This document shows positions 9,823-19,845 of a DNA stretch of 35,592 bases, in pieces. Each line of letters opens with the position of its first letter. Within the stretch, counting starts at the first letter, position 1. The stretch spans positions 18,326,381 through 18,361,972 of the forward strand of contig NC_069006.1 in assembly GCF_001194135.2 (NCBI RefSeq), written 5' to 3'. The translations under genes and the position numbers were made by a program. Under the pieces are notes generated by a model. The model did no database searches. It had not been told where the DNA came from and saw nothing but the letters and a program-made list of their open reading frames with translations. The stretch comes from Octopus bimaculoides. Its lineage: Eukaryota.

Positions 9823-10066
9823 ATGGATGAAGAAATCAAACTACATAGACAAACGGCAGCAAAACTGTTCAGAAGTAACACCAACATATTTTTATAACAT
9901 ATATATATATTATACATACATATTAACACTTTACAGTATACTTACATATATACATACATCTATACATCGATCTAAAACAACAGGAATACTAAAGGAAGGC
10001 CGGAATTTAAGAGAAGAGAAAATAAAAAGGTCTCATGCTATTCATTGAAAAATTCCTGAGTTGAAC

Positions 10067-10395
10067 TTATTACCTCCGCCTTTGAATGGTGAATTTGTTA
10101 ACTTCGGCTGGTATTAGATAAGGATAAACTATTTATTACTGTTACTAAATTTTCTACAGCCACCTTCACATTCCATGACTACCATTGGGATCGATCAGGT
10201 ATCGGACAAGGATTCTGGATTATTTCTCCGGTTTTTTACTTAATTTTTGAGAGCGGTCGGGTTCATTTTTAGGATTCTCGTTTGTGAGAACAGTCGAGTT
10301 TATTTCAGATATTATCATTTTAAAAATCCTCACTGGCTAACTGTTGAGAGGACGTTGGCGTTGCCTTGACGGAGGTTTGCGCTCTCTCAGTCTTG
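10067..10395 (+). mobile_element. Helentron/HINE-like non-autonomous element, copy 2
   Basis: 5' TTATTACCTCCGCC and 3' subterminal inverted repeat GACGGAGGT (10368-76), followed by TTGCGCTCTCTCAG. Shares the internal block with copy 1. Confidence 0.7.
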
Positions 10396-10453
10396 TTATC
10401 ATCATCATCATCATCATCATCATCATTATTATTATTATTATTATTATTATAAG

Positions 10454-10725
10454 GGCAGCAAGCTGGCAGAATCGTAAGCACGCCGGGATAAATGCTTAGC
10501 GGCGTTTCGCCCGTCTTTACGTTCTGAGTTCAAATTCCGCCGGGTTCGACTTTGCCTTTCATCCCTTCGGGATTGATAAATTAAGTACCAGTTACGCACT
10601 GGGGTAGATGTAATCGACTTAATCCCTTCCCCGAAATTTGAAGCCTTGTGCTTCCAGTAGAAAGGATTATTATTATCGTTATTATTATTATTATTATCAT
10701 TATTATTGTCGTTATTATTATTATT
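10454..10725 (+). mobile_element. Meta-like SINE, full length, with (ATT)n tail
   Basis: GGCAGCAAGCTGGCAGAATCG head, GAGTTCAAATTCC B-box, GACTTTGCCTTTCATCCCTTCGGGATTGATAAATTAAGTACCAG domain, and AGTAGAAAGG(ATT)n end. Confidence 0.92.
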
Positions 10726-10953
10726 CATTTAATCATTCGCCATTTACCATTGTGTACTGCAGCGCGTTAATTACAATTTAGAATAGTTTGAGGCGGTTAA
10801 CATCAATTTCCAAAGGTTGAGGAGTATTAGAATCACATTTATTGTGAAACAACTAAAGCCACTCACTCAAACGCCCCATCCTCGCTCCTTCACCCCATCC
10901 CTCTTTCCCTCCCTTACTCACGAACTACATCAGCCAGCCATCTTAGAATCCTG

Positions 10954-10956
<3 letters not shown>

Positions 10957-11028
<72 letters not shown>
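10957..11028. repeat. (CT)n microsatellite
   Basis: Direct reading. Confidence 0.97.
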
Positions 11029-11029
<1 letters not shown>

Positions 11030-11463
11030 ACGTTCATTCTCCTTGTACAATTAGTGCAAGATTACGGCTGCGATGCTGTGCAGAACAGGAAATTAGGGTA
11101 AGAAATTAATTTGTCTTTGATAATATTTAATTAGATAATCCGTGATATAAAAGCTACAGATATGACACCATTTTGACATCGTAGATTAAGAGGGTGGAGG
11201 AGAGAGAGGAGTAGATTTACGACTAAGACAAACCACGATAATAATAGATACAATTAAGCTTTATTGAACGTCTAATTGCCTCTCTAAGATGGCTGCCGGA
11301 AGTTAAAGTTGCTCAAACGGTCAATACGCCATTCAATTAGTTGAAAATTATGTTGAAATCATTAAACAGTCACCGGTACTCATAGTATGAAGCGCAGCCA
11401 TGTTGGATTAAATTTACGTCTATTATCTTCTTGACTTACACTTCATAATACAAGCCACATTCA

Positions 11464-11582
11464 GGCATTGGCTTTGAGGTTGGTTAAAAAGGTTCGTTTA
11501 GTAACCACTTAGTTTCGACGTTTTGGTTTCGATCTCACTGGTCAGCATATTGGGAAAAAAATTTTCTATCATTGATTCGGGG
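11464..11582 (+). mobile_element. Highly diverged CORE-like SINE head
   Basis: GGCATTGGC...GGTTAAAAAGGTTCG...AACCAC...GGTTTCGATCTCACTG...TTGGGAAAA...TTCTATCAT parallels the head and core of 19845-19740. Confidence 0.4.
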
Positions 11583-11781
11583 AAAGTTAGTGCCTTTCTG
11601 AATGAAAACTATGCAGAAGTGTGTCACGGGTGAGATAACCCATTTAGGGATCATTAGTGGAGTTGACTTTGTTGGAAGTATTCAGATCGTACATTCTTCC
11701 TTACCACTAGTGGCAAGGCTCTAAAATAGATTAGGTCGCAGTGCTTTCTCTTTTGATTAAGCGATTAAAATTACTTCTATA

Positions 11782-11900
11782 TTCGTCTCTGAGGAGATCA
11801 AATTACGTCGAAACACCGAGTGTAGCGATCCACTGCCGTTCTGAGCCAAGTCACACAAGTCTCTTTGAGATGTTTTTCTGAGACAAAATATTACAGCCAG
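11782..11900 (+). repeat. Decayed hammerhead-bearing repeat, copy 1
   Basis: CTGAGGAG (11789)...CGAAACACCGAGTGTAGCGATCCACTG...GTCTCTTTGAGATG...ACAAAATATTACAGC aligns to 12296-12417. In the homologous register the triplet is GTG and stem I is broken. Confidence 0.8.
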
Positions 11901-11925
11901 TGCTGTTCTACCTGTGTACCCACAT

Positions 11926-12129
11926 TGATTTCAAATTTTGATACAAAGTCAGCAATTTCGGCTGAGGGTGCTAGTCGATTACATCGACCCCAATATTCAA
12001 CTGGTATTTATTTTATCACCTCTGCAAGTCAAAGTCGATATTGGCAGAATTTGAACTCAGAACGTAAAGACGAACGAAATGTTGTTAAGCATTTCGACGA
12101 CGTGTTAACGTATCTGCCACCTAGCCACC
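11926..12129 (-). mobile_element. Meta-like SINE inserted within hammerhead repeat copy 1
   Basis: TGATTTCAAATTTTG...GTCGATTACATCGACCCC...GAATTTGAACTCAGAACGTAAAGACG...GCCACC. Copy-1/copy-2 similarity resumes after it (12132-12161 vs 12450-12480). Confidence 0.88.
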
Positions 12130-12289
12130 TTACGTTGGTATACACACTGGTGTTTTAATCTAATACTATTTCAAATGCGTCTATTAATTCTATCCTGTCA
12201 AGTATTTGCATAAACCAGTAACTAATTTGTTCACTGATTTCTATATCAGCAGAAGCATTTTTAGGATTTGTTCAGAACGTCCAGAGCAT

Positions 12290-12335
12290 TTGCCACTGAG
12301 GAGCGTAAATCAAGTCGAAACACCGTGTCTGGCGA
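12290..12335 (+). ncRNA. Minimal type I hammerhead ribozyme motif with intact core
   Basis: Stem I TTGCCA/TGGCGA (6 bp). CTGAGGA at 12296-12302. One G-C pair closes a 12-nt loop II. GAAA at 12317-20. Near-palindromic stem III ACAC-C-GTGT. GUC triplet, predicted cut after 12329. Confidence 0.78.
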
Positions 12336-12492
12336 TCCACTGGTGGTCTGAGCGAAGCCTTGTGATTTTCACACTCAAGTCTCATTGAGATATTTCTTGA
12401 AACAAAATATTACAGCTCGTGCCATCCCATCTTTGTGTATATATTATAAACGTTATACACACTGCAGCTTTTTTTAATCTTTATTCTCTCTG

Positions 12493-12548
12493 AGAAAGTT
12501 AAAGAAGTGATTTTAAATGAGAACTTAAAATCACTTCTTTAACTTTCT
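12493..12548. repeat. Perfect 24-bp inverted repeat with 8-nt spacer
   Basis: AGAAAGTTAAAGAAGTGATTTTAA-atgagaac-TTAAAATCACTTCTTTAACTTTCT. Confidence 0.97.
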
Positions 12549-13029
12549 AAAAGACATCTCAACGCTTCTAAAAGCAAACTTCGTTTGTTTGTTTACATTT
12601 GTCGTAATTTGAATTTTATTCTCTCTATATTTTAATGGCTGCTGACCTGCCCAACTTTAATCTCATATTCCTCTTCTTAGGGTTAAAAATCGAGTGACTC
12701 GTCTTTCAGCAAATCCCCATCATTTCACTGTTACTGTCGCCCTCCCCCACCCCACCTCCTGTAAAAAGTGATTCAAGTCCAATAATCCAATAATTTCTTT
12801 CCATGAAACATCTGTTTACGGAACAGTCTTCTTTCTTCTTGGTTCTCAAATACAAAAAAATGAAAACCTTAATTCTTCTGAATCCTGCGTAGATCATTTT
12901 ATTATTCTTACAGCAGCTTCTTATCCTTTGCTGTCACACACACGCACACGGACATACACACGCACGCACGCATACACAAACATATATGTATGCCTGTATT
13001 TGTACATATATGCAGGCCTACATAAGCAT

Positions 13030-13253
13030 TTCACTCTCTGCTCAACTTACTCTGTCATGTTCAATGCGACGTTCACACGCTACGCACGTTCCTTCCAAGC
13101 AATGCTGTAAATAGCAGAAGTGAGGTTGAACGTAGAAACTTAGTGCACATGTATGGCAAAGTTCAAGGTCAATCTGTTCCAAGCGGCTTTCACTTTGCGC
13201 GTTATAGCTTCGTTACTATGGCAACAGTCCGGATACTTAGTGATCAGACCACG
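13030..13253 (-). mobile_element. Mariner transposon 5' end (TIR, 5' UTR and first transposase codons)
   Basis: Minus strand begins CGTGGTCTGATCACTAAGTATCCGGACTG (mariner-like terminus). ATG at 13058 reads MTE*VEQRV, resembling the mariner N-terminal EQR..IKFC motif. Confidence 0.65.
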
Positions 13254-13834
13254 TGTGTATATATGCATATATGTATATATATATATATATATATATACTT
13301 TCATAAAATAAAACATATACGCATAAATATGTACAGACACATACACACGCACACACACACAAACGCATGCATGCACGCACACATACACATAAACATATGG
13401 CACATACGCATACAAAACAAACGATAGATATACATGCAGAGACCAATCAATAAATACAACTGCGGCTGTTGTGAGTAATCTCAATGTTAAATCATTTATG
13501 GAAATCCCTCTTGGCGTCTCCGTATTTCAGTTTTAGCAAATTGTTAACATCAAATACTTTACAGATCGGTTTGGAAGTAATTTTGTCTGTCGTTGCTAAG
13601 TCGACAGACAAAATGTCAATTAATTCTCAATAAATATATTGATAAATATATAAATAAATCAATGCATGTACGTATGTCTGTCTGTATGTATGCATGTATG
13701 TATGCATGTATGTCTGTCTGTTTGTGTGTATATGTGTGTGTGTATGTTAGTGTATGAGTGTGTGTGTAAGAGAGAGAGAGTGCGTGTGCGTGTGTATGTG
13801 GATATGAGGATAATCAATTTAATTAATAAAAGAA

Positions 13835-14051
13835 GGCGGTGAGATGGCAGAAACGTTAGCACGCCAAGCGAACTGCTTAGGAGTATTTCGTGTGTCTTTA
13901 CGTTCTGAGTTCAAATTCCGCCTAGGTCGACTTTGCATTTCATCCTTTCGGGTTCGATAAATTAAGTACCAGTTGCGTACTGGAGTCGATTTAATCGACT
14001 AACCCCCCCCTCCCCCCAAATTCGGGCCTTGTGCCTAGAGTAGAAAAGAAT
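13835..14051 (+). mobile_element. Meta-like SINE, full length
   Basis: GGCGGTGAGATGGCAGAAACGTTAGCACGCC head, B-box, GTCGACTTTGCATTTCATCCTTTCGGGTTCGATAAATTAAGTACCAG domain, and GTGCCTAGAGTAGAAAAG end. Confidence 0.92.
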
Positions 14052-14566
14052 CTAATTGCCAAAAAGAGTAGAATATAAAAATCATAGAATACGAATGTAT
14101 AAGCATGTGTGCGTGTGTGTGCAGGTATGTATATATATGTATGTATATACAACAAATACATACATACATACATACATATATGCGTGTGTGCGTGTGTTTA
14201 TGTCTGTAATATGTGTATATANNNNNNNNNNNNNNNNNNNNNNNNNNNNNNNNNNNNNNNNNNNNNNNNNNNNNNNNNNNNNNNNNNNNNNNNNNNNNNN
14301 NNNNNNNNNNNNNNNNNNNNNNNNNNNNNNNNNNNNNNNNNNNNNNNNNNNNNNNNNNNNNNNNNNNNNNNNNNNNNNNNNNNNNNNNNNNNNNNNNNNN
14401 NNNNNNNNNNNNNNNNNNNNNNNNNNNNNNNNNNNNNNNNNNNNNNNNNNNNNNNNNNNNNNNNNNNNNNNNNNNNNNNNNNNNNNNNNNNNNNNNNNNN
14501 NNNNNNNNNNNNNNNNNNNNNNNNNNNNNNNNNNNNNNNNNNNNNNNNNNNNACACACACACACAT

Positions 14567-14611
<45 letters not shown>

Positions 14612-16047
14612 CCTCGTTGGTAAATATATAATGTATAAATCAATTACAAAATGGCGACTGTTCTGAGAAACGACTTTGTCGACTTCCAGCATTTCTGAAC
14701 TGCAATACAGTAAAAAACAAATTGCCTTAGTTTGTTTCTCTTTTTGGTAGTGGGGTTGTTGTTGTTGTTGTCGTTGTCGCTGGTGGAAGTGAGGGTCGTG
14801 GTGAGGGTAAGCAGTGAGGGTAACACACACACAGACACACACACGCACATGTATGCGTCTATCAAAATGCGTGAATATATTCCTTCCGCGCGCTCCCCCT
14901 CTAAAGATATATGAATATATACACACACACATACATTCCTCCATCTATTCACTTCTCTATTCATCCAACAACCCACCAATAAATACGCACATAAGTACAT
15001 ACTTGCATACATGTATATGTGTGTAATATGTATGTATAATTATATATATATAAATGAGAGAGAGGGGGAGAGATAGCAAAGGGGGGGGGGAAAGAAAGGA
15101 GAGGGAGAGGGGGAACAAGAGGGAGAAAAAGTGAGAGCGGAGGGAGATAGAGAAGGGGAGATAGAGGGAGATAGTATGAGAAACTCTTGTACAGTTACAC
15201 CGTCACACATACATACACAAATGTACGGCTCGCATTACACAAGTATGTGTATGTGTGTGTCAGTAGATGTGTATGTGTTGTACATATACAGGTATGTATT
15301 CGTGCGTACACACGCGTTCACACATATGCATAGCTTTCTTTATTTTCACTAATTGTGACTATGCAGTTGTCTTGTATAATTCCGCGCATTCGTATTGATG
15401 CAAAAATGTACCTGTAGTTTTTTTGGCATACTGAAATTAATATCACACGAAGAAAGTTACGAAACGGCTGTAATCTTATGGAAATCATTGATGTGGATAA
15501 AGAAACCCATCTTCACCTCTCACACTTCCAGGCTTTAAGTTTTATATATTTTCTACTGAAAATTTTATCGCTCGGATTTTATGGATTTTCAATTACATGG
15601 AGACCATTACGTTACATTAAATTCTAATTAATTTATTTGTAGACTGATAGCCGATTCCGAATGAGGAGCTGCATGATACTCTGAATTCATATTTCATGCT
15701 ACTATTTTATATGTATATGCATACGAGTATATATGTAAATGAGTGCATATGGTGGCACCTGGTTCTCCTGCCAGCCAGCACAGTTGTCTAGTATGTAATA
15801 AAATGTGTAAAAGCTTGGCCTGGTTTAAAAGTCATATAAGGGCATCACATGGCAACAGTCATGAATCATTTCATTAAGTCTTCTTGGCAATGGCTTTTCT
15901 CGTGTAACGAGGATGCAGCTGTGATGTATGTATGTATATATATAGTTAATCCGAGAAACGAGGAAAAACACATGAAAAAAAAACAACAACGCGAGCATAT
16001 GGTACATGCAAATTATTAGCAGATGCTCAGGGAAGGAAAGAAAGGTA

Positions 16048-16082
16048 GTTTAATGTTTCGAGCAAAGCTCTTCGTCAGAAAC
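16048..16082 (-). ncRNA. Minimal type I hammerhead motif, near intact
   Basis: Minus strand reads GTTT-CTGACGA-A-GAGC-TTT-GCTC-GAAA-CA-TT-AAAC. Stem I is 4 bp and stem II is 4 bp. Stem III is ACAT, probably ACGT before a CpG transition. Confidence 0.6.
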
Positions 16083-16212
16083 AGGAAACGGAGGAAAGTC
16101 CAAGAGAAAAGGAAGACGGAGGAAAATAATCGCCAACGATCCACATGCGGTTACGTTGGACCACTGAACTAACACATTTTTATTCATACTCTCTCCATTT
16201 ATTTCCTCTGAT

Positions 16213-16320
16213 TCCTCTCTGGCGAAGAGCGTAGGTTCGAAACGTAAAAAAAACTTTTCCATTTTTCTCGAGCGTCAAACTAATACAGTTGCTTGTTCCC
16301 ACACCTGTCTACGTCTTTGT
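16213..16320 (+). mobile_element. Repeat terminus with a decayed hammerhead motif
   Basis: CTGGCGA-A-GAGC-GTAG-GTTC-GAAA-CG-TA: A6 of the core is changed to G and stem I is poor. Downstream part is homologous to 5208-5292. Confidence 0.55.
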
Positions 16321-16566
16321 TTTTCTGTAAATTTAAACTATATGATGACTGCCACTTCTTTACAGAAGAAGGCCATCTCTTTAATTAATAAATACTGTTG
16401 TGAGATCTTATACGACTAGCAAGTCCTGCTCTTGACAAACAATCTCTATTGCAGATCTTACAAATATTTTAAAGCAGTAAAGTGCCTGGGATTGTAGTGA
16501 AGTCCTGTCTACGAAGTGCTCGTTTTAAGATGGATTGTTCAATTCTTCGAGCTTCAAATGCTTCAC

Positions 16567-16666
<100 letters not shown>

Positions 16667-17167
16667 NNNNNNNNNNNNNNNNNNNNNNNNNNNNNNNNNN
16701 NNNNNNNNNNNNNNNNNNNNNNNNNNNNNNNNNNNNNNNNNNNNNNNNNNNNNNNNNNNNNNNNNNNNNNNNNNNNNNNNNNNNNNNNNNNNNNNNNNNN
16801 NNNNNNNNNNNNNNNNNNNNNNNNNNNNNNNNNNNNNNNNNNNNNNNNNNNNNNNNNNNNNNNNNNNNNNNNNNNNNNNNNNNNNNNNNNNNNNNNNNNN
16901 NNNNNNNNNNNNNNNNNNNNNNNNNNNNNNNNNNNNNNNNNNNNNNNNNNNNNNNNNNNNNNNNNNNNNNNNNNNNNNNNNNNNNNNNNNNNNNNNNNNN
17001 NNNNNNNNNNNNNNNNNNNNNNNNNNNNNNNNNNNNNNNNNNNNNNNNNNNNNNNNNNNNNNNNNNNNNNNNNNNNNNNNNNNNNNNNNNNNNNNNNNNN
17101 NNNNNNNNNNNNNNNNNNNNNNNNNNNNNNNNNNNNNNNNNNNNNNNNNNNNNNNNNNNNNNNNNNN

Positions 17168-17200
<33 letters not shown>

Positions 17201-17822
17201 CATACATACGTATGTACATGCATGCATACTTACATATTTGTATATATATTCGCGTATGCTTAGACACATACATATACACATATGCATACAAATACATAAA
17301 TATACATGTATGTCGTGGTGTATATTTGGCATACATTTAGTATGTTAGATCCAATATACCATACATGTGGGGGACACACACGAACACACACACACACTCA
17401 TACACAGGCACCCGCACACACATATACATACATGCATGCATACATACATACATACAGAAGTACTTACATACAGGTGTGTGTGTGCGCGCACAAATACGTA
17501 CTACTTTAACGTGCCTCATTTCTTACAATTTTTATCTATTCCTCTCTTCTTTCCTGTAACTGTCTCTTTCTCTCCTGTTTCCTCCCCCTCCTCCTCCTCC
17601 TTCATTTAACCTCTATCTCTCCCCACTCTCTCCTGTCCACCACTTTCTTTTCGCTCTCTGTTATTGCACAATTTATGTTATTTGCCAACGAAATTACATT
17701 TTTCTATTCCTTACCGAAACATCAATCGATGGAATGTGTTTCAGGTGACAACGTAATTCCGTGGAAGCGATTCTCATCAGCGTTTATTGCCATTTTAACT
17801 GAATTCCCGCCAGATATTATCT

Positions 17823-17825
17823 AGT

Positions 17826-17870
<45 letters not shown>

Positions 17871-17882
17871 TTTTGAGAGAAT

Positions 17883-17913
<31 letters not shown>

Positions 17914-18004
17914 GCAGATTTTGAGAGAATGAAAGAGAAAGAGAGAGAGAGAGAGAGAGANNNNNNNNNNNNNNNNNNNNNNNNNNNNNNNNNNNNNNNN
18001 NNGA

Positions 18005-18049
<45 letters not shown>

Positions 18050-18130
18050 GCAGATTTTGAGAGAATGAAAGAGAAAAAGAGAGAGAGATCAGAGAGAGAG
18101 TGGTGACGACGGAAAGAGAGTGACGATGGA
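17823..18130. repeat. GA-rich minisatellite: GAGGCAGATTTTGAGAGAATGAAAGAGA units separated by variable (GA)n
   Basis: Units near 17862, 17911 and 18047, interrupted by a 42-bp gap. Confidence 0.9.
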
Positions 18131-18164
18131 AAGACAATGTTTACGATTGGCAAACGAACATCTA

Positions 18165-18745
18165 TTTCCACTCCTCTCACTCTCTCTCTCTCTCCCATTC
18201 CTCTCTGTCTGTCTGTCTCTCTTCCTCTCCATTTCTCAATATCTCCCCCCTCTCTCTTTCTCTCTTTCAATCCTCCTCGTTATATCCTTCTCTCCACGTC
18301 TCATTATTTATTAGAGGTCTCTTCCTCACTCATACCTCCATCTCTCTCTCTCTCTCCCGTTCTCATTATCTCTCTTTACATCTCTATTTCTCAGAATCTC
18401 TCTCCCTTTATTTCCCAATCTCTCTCTCCCTCTTTCTCACTTCTTATATCCTTCTTTCTATTTCTCATTATTTATTAAACGTCTCTCCCTAATTCTCTCT
18501 TCTTCATTTTCTCTCTGTCACTTTCTTCTCAGAATCCCTCACTTTATTTCTCAATATTTCCTTCACCCCCCCTCTCTCTCTCTCGTTCACTCCTATTTAT
18601 ATCCTTCTCTCTATATCTCATTATTTCCTAACTCATTCTCTGTCTCTCAGCCCCCTACCTCTCTCTCTATTTCTCGACATCTTTATTTTTCAGAACCCCT
18701 TCCCTTATTTTTCAATATCTCTCCCTCTCTCTTTTCGCTCCTTCG
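18165..18745. repeat. CT-rich degenerate tandem repeat (units of roughly 150-200 bp)
   Basis: Recurring TTATATCCTTCT...TCTCATTATTT (about 18280, 18444, 18598) and TTCTCAGAAT/TTTCAGAAC (about 18388, 18526, 18688). Confidence 0.75.
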
Positions 18746-19261
18746 AGGTATATTCGAACCCTTAACAAAGTCATTTACTGTATTGTGTCATAGAGAAAAC
18801 TCTTTGTTGTAGACAGACAGATGTAAACACTTGAAATCAGTTCTCAGCGCCCGTGACCAGATTGGCCATCGTACTATAATTACTTGCGCTAATCAGCGGC
18901 TCACCGTTAATAAAATACAGAATAAAGGCGCTGAGCAGTATAATAAGAGAAGCCTGTCTCTCCTGTCAGTCCGTAGCGTCTAACTTCCCAGTCTCTGGTA
19001 CTGAGGAAGTAATAACAACTTCGAAATCCATGCATCTACGAAGCTGGTTAGGAAGCGCTGCAAACTGACTTGGTGAGTTTAGACCTATCTGTTTACAGCT
19101 GCAAATTTTCTTCATGACAAAATCTAGTGAATGACTTTCCTACAGGTTTTAATAATACCTCAAGCATGTTTGATCTGGTAACAAGCTTGTATTTACACAC
19201 ATCATTGTTTAGTACGTTTCTTTCCAAATATATATATGAATGAATGATGGACTCTCTCGTT

Positions 19262-19453
19262 GAAACGACCTTCACAAGTAATTTGTTTATAGTGATCAAA
19301 ATGTCCGTGCTACACATTAGCTCACTCTCTCCATCAAATCGATGATGTTTGAACAGGTGCACGGTGGGCCACGTGTCAGGTGTCGAGGTGATCGCAGAGC
19401 AATGTGAGATGAAGTGTTTTGCAACCCCCAACCACTAGGCCATGTGTCCTCAC
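19262..19453 (-). mobile_element. tRNA-derived SINE with an internally deleted head
   Basis: Minus strand starts GAGGACACATGGCCTAGTGGTTGGGG (A-box-like), then jumps to GCAAAACACTTCATCTCACATTGCTCTGCG (CORE-like). The B-box is lost. Confidence 0.65.
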
Positions 19454-19461
19454 TATATAAA

Positions 19462-19845
19462 TACTCTTTTACTTGTTTCAGTCATTTGACTGTGGCCATG
19501 CTGGAGCACCGCCTTTAGTCGAGCAAATCGACCCCAGGACTTATTCTTTGTAAGCCTAGTACTTATTCTATCGGTCTCTTTTGTCGAACCGCTAAGTTAC
19601 GGACGTAAACACACCAGCATCTGTTGTCAAGCGATGTTGCGGAGATAAACACAGACACACAAACACACACACACGCACACATATATATATATACGACGGG
19701 CTTCTTTCAGTTTCTGTCTACTAAATCCACTCACAAGGCTTTGGTCGGCCCGAGGCTATAGTAGAAGACACTTGCCCAAGGTGCCACGCAGTGGGACTGA
19801 ACCCGGAACCATGTGGTTGGTAAGCAAGCTACTTACCACACAGCC
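19462..19845 (-). mobile_element. CORE-like tRNA-derived SINE, full length (about 385 bp), with internal (TA)/(TG) microsatellite
   Basis: Head GGCTGTGTGGTAAGTAGC...GGGTTCAGTCCC, core GGCACCTTGGGCAAGTGTCTTC, internal repeat at about 19655-19695, tail GACTGAAACAAGTAAAAGAGTA. Confidence 0.92.

Noticed and set aside
17715-17790. Minus-strand CTGATGAG...GAAAC...TGTT hammerhead-like pattern
   Set aside because: Stem II and stem I do not pair.
18760-18985. Unique-looking segment with CCAAT and Fox-like (GTAAACA) motifs, possibly an enhancer; similar impressions at 4150-4250 and 11230-11350
   Set aside because: Short motifs occur by chance. Conservation or chromatin data would be needed.
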